Below are positions 37,762-47,771 of a DNA stretch of 64,000 bases, one piece after another. The stretch is from positions 10,599 through 74,598 of the forward strand of contig CANGCT010000001.1 of NCBI GenBank assembly GCA_947452415.1. Reading direction: 5' to 3'. This DNA comes from Flavobacteriaceae bacterium. GTDB taxonomy: Bacteria > Bacteroidota > Bacteroidia > Flavobacteriales > Flavobacteriaceae. Position 1 is the first letter of the stretch, and every line of letters begins with the position of its first letter. The position numbers and the translations under genes were made by a program. The notes below the pieces were generated by a model. The model did no database searches. It saw only the letters and a list, made by a program, of their open reading frames with translations, and was not told where the DNA came from.

Positions 37762-38226
37762 TTATTGACGATTCATCTTTAATACACAGCCTAGAGACTC
37801 TAAGACTAATACAAAATGGGTTTTAGTAACTTCTTTAATAATTGCATCATGATCTATAAAAGGGCCTTTGTCTATTTTTACAGTTTCTCCTACTTTATAC
37901 TGCAATACATCAATGCTGTTGTCTTCTCCTCCTTCAAGCCAGTTCTTAATAGTAGTAATTTCTTCGTTTTTGACAACTGCGTGTTTTCCTAGCCAGAATA
38001 AATACCTAACCACACCAGGTGAAATAAAAACCGAATTCCTTTCCTTTTCAGGAACTTGTACAAATACATAATGATTAAATAACGGAACTAATACTTTTTT
38101 TTTCCGGTCGGACCATTGTTGAACTTTAACCATAGTTGGGCAATAGCAAGTCACTCCAGCAGCATTAAGTTGTTCCGCAACTTTTTTTTCCCATTTAGGT
38201 TTAGTATATAGAACCTGCCAATCCAT
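37762..38226 (-). CDS. upxY: UpxY-family (NusG paralog) antiterminator
   Basis: WQVLYTKPKWEKKVA, WSDRKKKVLVPLF, KOW motif GETVKIDKGPF; TATATTTG at 38247-38254. Confidence 0.93.
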   Translation of the reverse strand: MDWQVLYTKPKWEKKVAEQLNAAGVTCYCPTMVKVQQWSDRKKKVLVPLFNHYVFVQVPEKERNSVFISPGVVRYLFWLGKHAVVKNEEITTIKNWLEGGEDNSIDVLQYKVGETVKIDKGPFIDHDAIIKEVTKTHFVLVLESLGCVLKMNRQ

Positions 38227-38487
38227 TATTTTTTTTTAATTAACTGCAAATATAATAGCAAATTTTAACATTTTTTTATTTTTTCTAAGACATTTTTATT
38301 TTAATTTTTTTTGAGATGATTACTTATCAAAAATCCCGAAAAAATACAATTTTAGCTCACTTTTACATCGATGAAAAACATTTTTTTATTGTGAAATAGA
38401 CTTGCTTAATTTGTTTTTTAGTTTTATTTATTCCTTATTAAGACTTTTATAACACTTTATAATTGTTTTTTTAATGAAATTATAGCC

Positions 38488-38495
38488 TAAATTTG
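38488..38495 (+). promoter_or_regulatory. Likely -7 element of the polysaccharide operon, implying a ~390-nt leader
   Basis: TAAATTTG followed by TACC. Confidence 0.55.
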
Positions 38496-38893
38496 TACCA
38501 TTACTTAAGCTTATATTAATATATTAATAGTAGATTATTTATCATGTATGTTAGTCTTAAGTCAATACAATACTTGGATTTTTTTAGTAAATTGTTTTTT
38601 TTGGATAGTACTTTATGTAACTAACCACGGGGAACCCTTATAAGTCATTATACATATAATTTAATTCTTGTAAAATATTTTATATAAAATTGTATATTTT
38701 TTTAAAAAAATCGACGAACTACATAATTTATGTTTGATTTCTTTTAAAATAATATTAAAACAAGATAATATTCGATATGCTTTTATTTTATTTGGCTCAA
38801 CAGTTGAGTTAGTTGTTGCTTTTTAAATCAAATTTTCTAAAAACTAGAAAAAAATAAAAATAATTTTTTTGTTCCCAAACAAAATTAAATCTT

Positions 38894-39898
38894 ATGCCTA
38901 CTAAATCTAACGTAACTCTTGTAGTTCTTACCGGCGGTGTGGGAAGCAGGCTTTGGCCTCTTTCTAGAAAAAGCCAGCCCAAACAATATTTGGAGCTTTT
39001 TGATGGACAATCTCTATTTGAGAAAACCGTTGCCCGAAATGCCGATGCCACGAACCAATTGATAGTGGTAGGAAATATCGAAAATTACCAAATGAGCAAT
39101 TCGGTAATGACTAAATTCGATTCTTCTTTTACCCATATCGTAGAAGCAACACCTAGAAACACTGCTGCAGCAATTGCTTTTGCAGCATTTTCCTCCCAAC
39201 CTGATGATGTGTTGCTCATCACTCCTTCCGATCACGTTATTGAAGGCAGCGACTTGTATACCAAATCGGTACAACAAGCCATTGCCCTTGCCAACCAAGA
39301 TTTCTTGGTTACCTTTGGTATTCAACCCACTAAGCCAGAAACTGGCTATGGTTATATTGAATTTGAAGGTGAAAATGTGATTGCATTTCACGAAAAACCC
39401 AATTTGGCTACTGCAACTACTTACTTAAACAGTGGTAATTACTTTTGGAATAGCGGTCTTTTTTGTTTTAAAGCAGGCTTGTTTTTATCCGAATTAGAAA
39501 AACAAGAACCGGAAGTATTTCGTACTTCGAAAGCAGCTTGGGAAGCAAACCGAAACGGATTTTTAGACTTAGATTTATCCATGCAAATTCCTTCAATTAG
39601 TGTAGACTATGCTGTAATGGAACGTTCGGATAACATAAAAGTAGTGCCTACTAGTTTTGATTGGTCGGATTTAGGTTCTTTCGAATCGGTATATGATTAT
39701 CTGGTTCAAAAAGGACACTCTGTAGATTCTAATGGCAATATGGTTATAGGTACTGAAATGCACACTACTTTTGTTGGTGTACATAACTGTTTGTTTATTA
39801 ACACACCTGATGCAATTATGATTTTGCAAAAAGAACATTCACAAGCAGTGAAAGAAGTGTATCAAAATCTTGAGACCATACAATCACCATTAACCTAA
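38894..39898 (+). CDS. manC: Mannose-1-phosphate guanylyltransferase
   Basis: GGVGSRLWPLSR...PKQY, RNTAAAI, PSDH, PETGYGYI, WSDLGS. Confidence 0.95.
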   Translation: MPTKSNVTLVVLTGGVGSRLWPLSRKSQPKQYLELFDGQSLFEKTVARNADATNQLIVVGNIENYQMSNSVMTKFDSSFTHIVEATPRNTAAAIAFAAFSSQPDDVLLITPSDHVIEGSDLYTKSVQQAIALANQDFLVTFGIQPTKPETGYGYIEFEGENVIAFHEKPNLATATTYLNSGNYFWNSGLFCFKAGLFLSELEKQEPEVFRTSKAAWEANRNGFLDLDLSMQIPSISVDYAVMERSDNIKVVPTSFDWSDLGSFESVYDYLVQKGHSVDSNGNMVIGTEMHTTFVGVHNCLFINTPDAIMILQKEHSQAVKEVYQNLETIQSPLT

Positions 39899-39961
39899 AA
39901 AAAACACTTAAGGTAAGATTAAATAAAAATCTTCCTTAATTTTATATCGAAATATTGAAAA

Positions 39962-40915
39962 ATGTTAAAGAATAAAAAAATTTATATTGCAGGTCATAAC
40001 GGAATGGTAGGAAGTGCTATCTGGAGAACGCTTACTGCTAAAGGTTATACTAATCTTATTGGGGTTTCCAGCAAAGAATTGGATTTAAAAAACCAACAAG
40101 CCGTTACTGATTTCATTACCAAAGAACAACCCGATGTAATCATTGATGCTGCTGCAAAAGTTGGAGGCATTTTGGCTAACAATAATTTTCCATACCAATT
40201 CTTGATGGAAAATATGCAAATTCAAAACAACCTTTTGGATAGCGCACACCAACTTGGCGTTGATAAATTTATATTTTTGGGTAGCTCTTGTATTTATCCA
40301 AAAATGGCACCACAGCCGCTTAAAGAAGAATACTTACTTACTGGAAGTTTAGAACCTACTAACGAGTGGTATGCTTTAGCAAAAATAACAGGAGTTAAAA
40401 CCTGTCAAGCTATTCGCAACCAATTTGGTAAAGATTATGTAAGTTTAATGCCTACCAATTTATATGGAACACACGACAATTTCGATTTAAATAGCTCGCA
40501 CGTTTTACCTGCCATGATGCGTAAGTTTCATGAAGCCAAAGAAAACAATAATGCGCCAGTTACCCTATGGGGAAGTGGCACACCCATGCGAGAATTTCTT
40601 TTTGTTGACGATATGGCAGCAGCCGTAGTATTTGCATTAGAAAACAGATTACCCGATTATTTGTATAATATAGGAACCGGGGTAGATTTAACAATTAAAG
40701 AATTGGCAGATACCATCCAAAAAATAGTAGGTCATGGTGGAGCTATCATTTGGGACGACACCAAACCTGATGGAACTCCTAGAAAATTAATGGATATATC
40801 TAAAATGCACGAACTAGGCTGGAAACACAGGGTAAACTTAGAAGAAGGAATTGCAAAAACCTATGCTTGGTTTTTAGAAAACATCGAGAATTTTAAAGAA
40901 GTTAAATATAGTTAG
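39962..40915 (+). CDS. fcl: GDP-L-fucose synthase
   Basis: AGHNGMVGSA, AAKVGGI, GSSCIYPK, YALAK, PDGTPRK. Confidence 0.97.
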   Translation: MLKNKKIYIAGHNGMVGSAIWRTLTAKGYTNLIGVSSKELDLKNQQAVTDFITKEQPDVIIDAAAKVGGILANNNFPYQFLMENMQIQNNLLDSAHQLGVDKFIFLGSSCIYPKMAPQPLKEEYLLTGSLEPTNEWYALAKITGVKTCQAIRNQFGKDYVSLMPTNLYGTHDNFDLNSSHVLPAMMRKFHEAKENNNAPVTLWGSGTPMREFLFVDDMAAAVVFALENRLPDYLYNIGTGVDLTIKELADTIQKIVGHGGAIIWDDTKPDGTPRKLMDISKMHELGWKHRVNLEEGIAKTYAWFLENIENFKEVKYS

Positions 40916-41031
40916 AAGAAGGAAGTTAGAAGAAGGAAGTTAGAAGAAGAAAGTTAGAAGAAGGAAGTTAGAAGAAGGAAGTTAGAAGAAGGAAGTTAGA
41001 AGTAAGAAGTTGGGAGTAAGAAGTTGGGAGT
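40911..41031. repeat. 14-bp (2x7) tandem array GTTAGAAGAAGGAA, about 8.5 units
   Basis: Read directly; degenerates to GTTGGGAGTAAGAA at the right end. Confidence 0.95.
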
Positions 41032-41060
41032 GAAAATTTAACGATTGTTAGTATTAACTA

Positions 41061-41151
41061 AACCTAGAACCCAAAACCTAGAACCCAAAACCTAGAACCC
41101 AAAACCTAGAACCCAGAACCTAGAACCCAGAACCTAGAACCCAGAACCCAA
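41061..41151. repeat. 14-bp (2x7) tandem array AACCTAGAACCCA(A/G), about 6.5 units
   Basis: Read directly. Confidence 0.95.
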
Positions 41152-41166
41152 GACCACAAAAAAAAG

Positions 41167-42267
41167 ATGACCACAAAACAAAAAACAGCATTAATAACCG
41201 GAGTAACAGGCCAAGACGGATCTTATTTAGCAGAACTATTATTAGAAAAAGGATATATGGTTCACGGTATTAAACGAAGAGCTTCTTCTTTCAACACCCA
41301 AAGGATAGATCATTTATATAGAGACCAACACGAAACTAATGTTAATTTCAAATTACATTATGGGGATCTTACCGATTCTACTAACTTAATTAGAATTATT
41401 CAAGAAATTCAACCGGATGAAATTTATAATCTTGGGGCAATGTCACATGTAAAAGTTTCGTTTGATTCTCCCGAATATGTTGCCAATGTAGACGGACTTG
41501 GAACATTAAGGGTTCTAGAAGCTGTTCGTATTTTAGGTTTAGAAAAGAAGACAAGAATTTATCAAGCTTCTACTTCCGAATTATACGGAGGTTTAGCAGA
41601 AAATAAAAATGCAGCAGGATTTTACGATGAAAACTCCCCATTTTATCCTCGTTCTCCTTATGGAGTTGCCAAAATATACGGTTTTTGGATTACCAAAAAC
41701 TACCGTGAAGCATACGATATATTTGCTTGTAACGGAATATTATTCAACCACGAATCGCCACGAAGAGGGGAAACTTTTGTTACCCGTAAAATTACTATGG
41801 CAACCGCTGCCATTGCATTAGGGAAACAAGATTGCTTGTATTTAGGAAACTTAAACTCCCAAAGAGACTGGGGGCACGCTAAAGATTATGTAGAAGCTAT
41901 GTGGCGCATCTTGCAACAAGACGTTGCCGAAGATTATGTAATTGCTACAGGAGTTACTACTTACATTCGTGATTTTGTACGTTATGCTTTCGCAGAAGTA
42001 GGAATAGAATTAGCATTTGAAGGAGAAAATGAAAACGAAATTGCAACCGTAAAAGCCTGTAATAATCCAGAATACCAACTAGAAATTGGCACCGTAGTGG
42101 TGCGTGTAGACCCGCAATACTACCGACCTACCGAAGTAGATTTATTACTTGGAGACCCAACTAAATCTAAAACCCAATTGGGCTGGAAGCCACAATACGA
42201 TCTTGCTGGTTTAGTAAAAGAAATGGTGGCAAGTGATTTAGAAATCTTGAAAAAGGGGCATAATTAA
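41167..42267 (+). CDS. gmd: GDP-mannose 4,6-dehydratase
   Basis: [45 protein letters not shown]. Confidence 0.98.
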   Translation: MTTKQKTALITGVTGQDGSYLAELLLEKGYMVHGIKRRASSFNTQRIDHLYRDQHETNVNFKLHYGDLTDSTNLIRIIQEIQPDEIYNLGAMSHVKVSFDSPEYVANVDGLGTLRVLEAVRILGLEKKTRIYQASTSELYGGLAENKNAAGFYDENSPFYPRSPYGVAKIYGFWITKNYREAYDIFACNGILFNHESPRRGETFVTRKITMATAAIALGKQDCLYLGNLNSQRDWGHAKDYVEAMWRILQQDVAEDYVIATGVTTYIRDFVRYAFAEVGIELAFEGENENEIATVKACNNPEYQLEIGTVVVRVDPQYYRPTEVDLLLGDPTKSKTQLGWKPQYDLAGLVKEMVASDLEILKKGHN

Positions 42268-42322
42268 AGGTCAGTCTTTTAGTGGTCATCAAGCAGAGTT
42301 CAGTAATTACAAAAATAAAAAG

Positions 42323-42412
42323 AACCATAGATTAAGCAACAGGATAACTAGGTGTACTTTGTAAAGCGAAGCGCCTAAATTACCTGCATAAAACTATGAC
42401 CCTATGTGGTTT
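42323..42412. repeat. Palindromic element AACCATAG...CTATGTGGTT with an internal GCGAAGC
   Basis: Ends resemble the 4419-4483 element. Confidence 0.6.
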
Positions 42413-42647
42413 AAAAAAAATTGCTTAGTTTATTAAGTAAAACAATAACTAATTGCTATCTGTAATAAGCATTAATAATATTTAATTTTGAAAATCTAAA
42501 TACGACAAGCAAAAAAAATCTTAAACAAGGTTACTTGGGTCTTAATATTAAAATTTATTTGCTTTAGTACTTAAGTGCTAAAGAAAGAGGTTCTAATAAT
42601 TCTTATGTAATTACCAATTATTAACTATTGCTTTTTCAATACAACAA

Positions 42648-43937
42648 ATGAAGAATAAAATAGCCCAATTAAAAAAGCATCCTAAATACAATAGTTTTAT
42701 ACATTGGGGGAAATTAATTTCTATTACAGGAAGTGCACAGCTTATAGTGCAAGCAGTCGGTTTTGCCTGCGGTATCTTAATTGTTCGCTTATTGCCCGTT
42801 CAGGAATATGCCTTTTATACTTTGGCCAATACCATGTTGGGAACTATGACTGTATTATCTGATGGTGGTATTTCTGCAGGAGTTATGGCGCAAGGGGGAA
42901 AAGTATGGCAGGATAAGGAAAGATTAGGAATAGTTTTAGCTACAGGGTTGGATTTACGAAAAAAATTTGCAATAGTTAGTTTACTGATAATGCTTCCAAT
43001 ATTATTTTATTTGTTAATTCATAATAATGCTAGTTGGATTACTTCAATATTAATTGTATTGTCTTTAATTCCCGCTTTTTTTGCTGTTCTTTCAGATTCA
43101 TTACTTGAAATTGTTCCTAAACTACATAGTGCAATTATTCCGCTTCAGAAAAATCAAATGATTGTCGCAATAGGTAGATTAGTTCTATCAGGTATAATGG
43201 TATTTGCATTTCCTTGGGCTTTCACAGCAATTTTAGCAAGTGGAATACCACGAATTTATGGCAATTTTAAATTAAGTAAAATATCTTACGGATTTGCAAA
43301 AATAAAATCATGTCCTGATGCCGAAATTCAAAAGCAAATATTGAGTGTTGTAAAACGAATTATGCCCGGTACTATATATTTTGCTTTTAATGGTCAGTTA
43401 ACAATATGGTTAATTTCTATTTTTGGTTCTACAACTTCCTTAGCTGAGGTTGGAGCAATTGGTAGATTTAGCATAATTTTTACTATTCTAGGAACCGTTT
43501 CTACAATGTTAATATCTCCTTATTTTGCGAAAAGTATTGATAATAATTATAGATTGAGAATGAAGTTTTATAGTTTTATTCTATCCTTAATTATTAGTAT
43601 TATTGTGATAATACTATTTGTTAATTGTTTTTCAACACTTTTTTTAAGTATACTTGGGCCTAAGTATATAACTCTACAAGTAGAATTATTATTAGTACTG
43701 ATAGCCTCTGGCATGAGTTTTTTAAGTGGTGTTTCGTTTAATGTATTATCTTCAAAGGGATGGCCAACTCCTCCAGTAATTATAATAACGGGTAATATTT
43801 GTTTTGTAATTTTTGGTCTATATTTATTTGATATTAGAGAATTAAAACAGGTATTATTTTTTAATATATTTATTAGCATATTTCCAGTAGTTATTCATTC
43901 ATTATATTTTTTATATAAAACCAAAATTTCAAGATGA
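42648..43937 (+). CDS. wzx: Polysaccharide flippase (Wzx-like)
   Basis: Many TM segments; VRLLPVQEYAFY; position in the locus. Confidence 0.8.
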   Translation: MKNKIAQLKKHPKYNSFIHWGKLISITGSAQLIVQAVGFACGILIVRLLPVQEYAFYTLANTMLGTMTVLSDGGISAGVMAQGGKVWQDKERLGIVLATGLDLRKKFAIVSLLIMLPILFYLLIHNNASWITSILIVLSLIPAFFAVLSDSLLEIVPKLHSAIIPLQKNQMIVAIGRLVLSGIMVFAFPWAFTAILASGIPRIYGNFKLSKISYGFAKIKSCPDAEIQKQILSVVKRIMPGTIYFAFNGQLTIWLISIFGSTTSLAEVGAIGRFSIIFTILGTVSTMLISPYFAKSIDNNYRLRMKFYSFILSLIISIIVIILFVNCFSTLFLSILGPKYITLQVELLLVLIASGMSFLSGVSFNVLSSKGWPTPPVIIITGNICFVIFGLYLFDIRELKQVLFFNIFISIFPVVIHSLYFLYKTKISR

Positions 43938-44509
43938 TTAAACGTAAATTAAGTGTAAAATTCTTCTATAGGATTTATTCATCATATATTTATGTGAATA
44001 GAGTTTTAAAAGTTTCATTTTTAAAATTGAGAGGCTTAAGTATTGAAAAAAATAGCATTTTAGGAAGTGTTCATATACCGTTACCTGAACAGGTTGAGAT
44101 TGGTTATAATTGTAATATTGAAGATAATGTAAGATTGAGAACAGGGGGTCCTTGGAAAAAATCTTTTATATTTATAGGTGATAATACTTTTATAGGACAT
44201 TCAACTCAAATCAATGTAGGTTCTAAATTTATACTAGGTAAAAATTGTATGATAGCCCCACTTTGTATAATTAGTGACGCTCATCATTCTTTTGATGACT
44301 TGAGTATACCTATTAAAGCTCAAAAATGTATATATAATCCAATCACAATTCAAGATGATGTTTGGATAGGATCGGGCGTTATAATTTTAGGAGGGGTTAC
44401 AATTGGAAAGGGATCTATTATTGCTGCTGGAGCATTAGTTAATAAAAGTGTAGGTGAATATGAAATTTGGGGTGGAATTCCAGCAAAAAAAATAAAATCA
44501 AGAAAATAA
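43934..44509 (+). CDS. Hexapeptide-repeat O-acyltransferase
   Basis: IQDDVWIG...GVTIGKGSIIAAGALV...GGIPAK. Confidence 0.9.
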   Translation: MIKRKLSVKFFYRIYSSYIYVNRVLKVSFLKLRGLSIEKNSILGSVHIPLPEQVEIGYNCNIEDNVRLRTGGPWKKSFIFIGDNTFIGHSTQINVGSKFILGKNCMIAPLCIISDAHHSFDDLSIPIKAQKCIYNPITIQDDVWIGSGVIILGGVTIGKGSIIAAGALVNKSVGEYEIWGGIPAKKIKSRK

Positions 44510-44515
44510 TATATT

Positions 44516-45448
44516 ATGGTAGTTTTTACAACATTAGCAGAAAATAAATATTTCTATGGCGTTTCTGCATTAATTAATTCAATAATTAATAACGGCACCT
44601 ATGCTGACAAAATAGTTGTAGGTTATAGAGGTAATTTACCACAATGGTTACCGCAACTGACAAATTCAAAAAACGGACAATCATTAACTTTAAAAAACGG
44701 TTTTATTATTGACTTTGTCGAGTTAGAAGGTAATCTTCATATGGTTCATGAAAAACCGAAATGGTTTAATCATTTAAGTAATGTTTTGGAACCTGAAGCA
44801 GATGAATATTTTTTTTTCGACTCTGATATTGTATTGGTTAACAGGGTAAGTTTCTTTGGAGAATGGGTAAAGCAAGGTGTCGCAATTTGCGAAGATGTCA
44901 ACTATGACATGAGTGCTAATCATCCAATACGAAAGCAATGGATTGAATTGGCTAGAAATGACAGTTATAAAATTAATCAAATCCCATCGAGATATTACAA
45001 CAGTGGATTTTTGGGTTGGACTAAGGAAAATAAACAATTTATTTCTGATTGGAATAATTGTTCCCAAATTTTAATGCAAATAGCTGGCGACTTAACAAAA
45101 ATTAGAGTCAACGATAGAAGTAATGTAGTTTTAAGTGCAAATCAGGATTCTCTTAATATGGCAGTTATGATCACAGAAAAGCAAGTTTCAACAATAGGTC
45201 CTGAAGCAATGGGTTTTCATTATGGTTTTAGGTTAATGCTTCATCCTTTAGGGCCCAAAAAACCTTGGAATGTAAATTTTATTATAGCTTTTTTAAATGG
45301 AATGTTACCAAGACATGCAGATATTGAGTTTTGGAAAAATGTTAATTCAAATGAATTAAAACCTTTTAGTTTTTTTTACATAAAACGTAAAGTTTATGCA
45401 TTAAAATTTTGTAAAATAATGTCTAGATTTTATTCAAGAAAAAATTAA
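44516..45448 (+). CDS. GT-A-fold protein (GT8-like, DxD)
   Basis: FFFDSD, YYNSGF, NQDSLN, HPLGPKKPW. Confidence 0.65.
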   Translation: MVVFTTLAENKYFYGVSALINSIINNGTYADKIVVGYRGNLPQWLPQLTNSKNGQSLTLKNGFIIDFVELEGNLHMVHEKPKWFNHLSNVLEPEADEYFFFDSDIVLVNRVSFFGEWVKQGVAICEDVNYDMSANHPIRKQWIELARNDSYKINQIPSRYYNSGFLGWTKENKQFISDWNNCSQILMQIAGDLTKIRVNDRSNVVLSANQDSLNMAVMITEKQVSTIGPEAMGFHYGFRLMLHPLGPKKPWNVNFIIAFLNGMLPRHADIEFWKNVNSNELKPFSFFYIKRKVYALKFCKIMSRFYSRKN

Positions 45449-45466
45449 TTTGCAATAAAAAACTAA

Positions 45467-46045
45467 ATGCATTTTCACTATTTTATTAAGCAATCGCTAT
45501 TTGTTATTCGTTTTCGTTATTTTAAAAAAGGATATGACTTTTTTTATATGATTTGGTTAAGGTTAGGTGGTATGAAAATTGGTAAGGGAACCTATTTTTC
45601 TAAAATAGAAGTTACATGGCCACACAAAGTAACAATTGGTAATAACTGCCGATTAGAGCACAATATTTATTTTCATTATGATGGTATCTATTCTGCTGGT
45701 CAATCAATATGTATTGGAGATAATGTATTTATAGGAAATAATACAGAGTTTAATATATCAGATAAAATTATCATTGGAAATAATTGTTTAATTGCTGCAG
45801 GTTGTCGTTTTATAGACCATAACCATGGGCTTGAAAAAAAATCATTAATGCGTAACCAAATAGCACCTAAACAAAAAATAAATTTAGAAAATGATGTATG
45901 GTTAGGATGCAATGTTGTAGTACTAATGGGGGTTAGTATTGGAGAAGGTGTTGTTGTTGCTGCAGGTAGTGTAGTTACAAAAAGTATTCCACCTTATGAA
46001 ATTTGGGGAGGTGTTCCAGCAAAAAAAATAAGTGAACGAAAATAG
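45467..46045 (+). CDS. Hexapeptide-repeat O-acyltransferase
   Basis: DHNH, LENDVWLG, GGVPAK. Confidence 0.9.
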   Translation: MHFHYFIKQSLFVIRFRYFKKGYDFFYMIWLRLGGMKIGKGTYFSKIEVTWPHKVTIGNNCRLEHNIYFHYDGIYSAGQSICIGDNVFIGNNTEFNISDKIIIGNNCLIAAGCRFIDHNHGLEKKSLMRNQIAPKQKINLENDVWLGCNVVVLMGVSIGEGVVVAAGSVVTKSIPPYEIWGGVPAKKISERK

Positions 46046-46048
46046 AAT

Positions 46049-47164
46049 ATGAATTTACTTTTCCTTTGTGGCTCTGCCGAACCTGGTAAAGATGGTGTGG
46101 GCGATTACACTCGTAGGTTATGTGGAGAATTAATACGTACTGGGCATAACGCGCAAATAGTATCTTTGTATGATAAGCATGTAGTAAGTTTTATTACCCA
46201 AAACCAGGTAATTGAAGAAACTCCCGTTATAGTAAGACGAATGCCGATAATTACTTCTTACAAACAAAGACTTGCTTGGACACAAGAAATTGTAAAAGAG
46301 ATAGCGATAGATTGGATTTCTTTGCAATTTGTACCCTATAGTTTCAATCCAAAAGGCTTGCCATTTTGGATGTCAGGATTTTTAAAGGCACTTAAAGGAA
46401 ATCATCAATGGCATGTTATGTTTCATGAGATCTGGATTGGAATTGAAAAAAAGGCTTCTTTAAAATCCAAATGTACTGGTATTTTACAAAAACAAATTGT
46501 TTTGAAAATTCTGCAAAATTTAAATTTTGTGGTTATTAATACTAATACTAATTTATATAGACTACAACTATTAAACTTAGGATATAACTCAAAATTGCTC
46601 CCATTATTTAGTAATATTTCAAATAATATTATAGATTATAATGAAAAAAAAACTGATGAATTAATTTTTGCTTTTTTTGGCGGAATTCATTTTGGAGCAC
46701 CTATCCAAGAATTTATGGATGAATTAAAACTAGAATTAGAAAAAAGAAAAGGATGTTTTGTTAAATTTTTATTTGTTGGAAATTGCGGAAGCTCCTTAAA
46801 AGAGTGGACTATGATTTTAGACTCTGAAAATATTAAATATGAAATATTTGGCTATTGTTCCAATCAAGAAATTAGTGAAAAATTATTAACGTGTAATTAC
46901 GGAGTAAGTACTACTCCTTATTTATTAATCCAAAAAAGCGGTAGTGTTGCAACTCTAATTGAACATGGTTTACCTGTATTGTGCATCGCAAGAAAATGGG
47001 AGGTTTCTAAATTGGATATAAACAAAGTAGATCCTATGGAAAATGTTATTGATTTTAAAAAGGATAGTATTCAAAAATTGTTTAATAAAAAAATAGAAAA
47101 AAATAAAATAAATACACTAACCTCTGTTACAGATAGTTTATTAGAAATATTAAATTCAAATTAG
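46049..47164 (+). CDS. GT-B glycosyltransferase (divergent GT4-like)
   Basis: DGVGDYTRRL, MFHEIW, KSGSVATLIEHGLPV. Confidence 0.8.
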   Translation: MNLLFLCGSAEPGKDGVGDYTRRLCGELIRTGHNAQIVSLYDKHVVSFITQNQVIEETPVIVRRMPIITSYKQRLAWTQEIVKEIAIDWISLQFVPYSFNPKGLPFWMSGFLKALKGNHQWHVMFHEIWIGIEKKASLKSKCTGILQKQIVLKILQNLNFVVINTNTNLYRLQLLNLGYNSKLLPLFSNISNNIIDYNEKKTDELIFAFFGGIHFGAPIQEFMDELKLELEKRKGCFVKFLFVGNCGSSLKEWTMILDSENIKYEIFGYCSNQEISEKLLTCNYGVSTTPYLLIQKSGSVATLIEHGLPVLCIARKWEVSKLDINKVDPMENVIDFKKDSIQKLFNKKIEKNKINTLTSVTDSLLEILNSN

Positions 47165-47169
47165 ATGTT

Positions 47170-47760
47170 ATGGCAAGCTTAAATTATTTGTGGGAACATC
47201 GTTCAAAATATTCTTTTTTAAGTAAAGAATTTTGTATCAGTTGGGCAAAAAGAATTCTAACATTAAAAAAAACTTTATCAAACAATAATAGAAGAAAAAA
47301 ACTTTGTAAGTTAGGTGCTAATATAGCTAAAACTGCTGAAATTGGAATCGTTAATATTGGAGGCAAGAAAAGTAATTTAAGCGTTGGCGATTTCTCATTT
47401 CTTGGCAAAGTTGAAATAGCATTACACGATAAAGTCACCATAGGTAATTATGTCTGTATTAATGATGGAGTAGTTATTTTAAGTGCATCTCACGATGTAT
47501 TAGATCCTTTATGGCAGCATAAAAAAAGTCCAATTTATATAGGAGATTATGCTTGGATAGCAACTAATGCGATACTCTTACCAGGTGTGAAAATTGGTAA
47601 GGGAGCAGTTGTTGGTGCTGGGGCAGTTGTAAGTAAAGATGTTGAAGACTATTCAATTGTAATTGGCAATCCTGCAAAAGCAATTAGCAAAAAAAGAGTA
47701 GGACTGTTAAATTATAATCCTTGCGAATTTTTGGCAGCAAATAATGCTTGGTTAAAGTAA
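47170..47760 (+). CDS. Hexapeptide-repeat O-acyltransferase
   Basis: SASHD, IGDYAWIA, GNPAK. Confidence 0.9.
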   Translation: MASLNYLWEHRSKYSFLSKEFCISWAKRILTLKKTLSNNNRRKKLCKLGANIAKTAEIGIVNIGGKKSNLSVGDFSFLGKVEIALHDKVTIGNYVCINDGVVILSASHDVLDPLWQHKKSPIYIGDYAWIATNAILLPGVKIGKGAVVGAGAVVSKDVEDYSIVIGNPAKAISKKRVGLLNYNPCEFLAANNAWLK

Positions 47761-47771
47761 GCTAAAAAGTT

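Noticed and set aside
38227-38893. Invertible promoter of the Bacteroides capsule type
   Set aside because: No convincing inverted repeats flank the -7 element and no recombinase is nearby.
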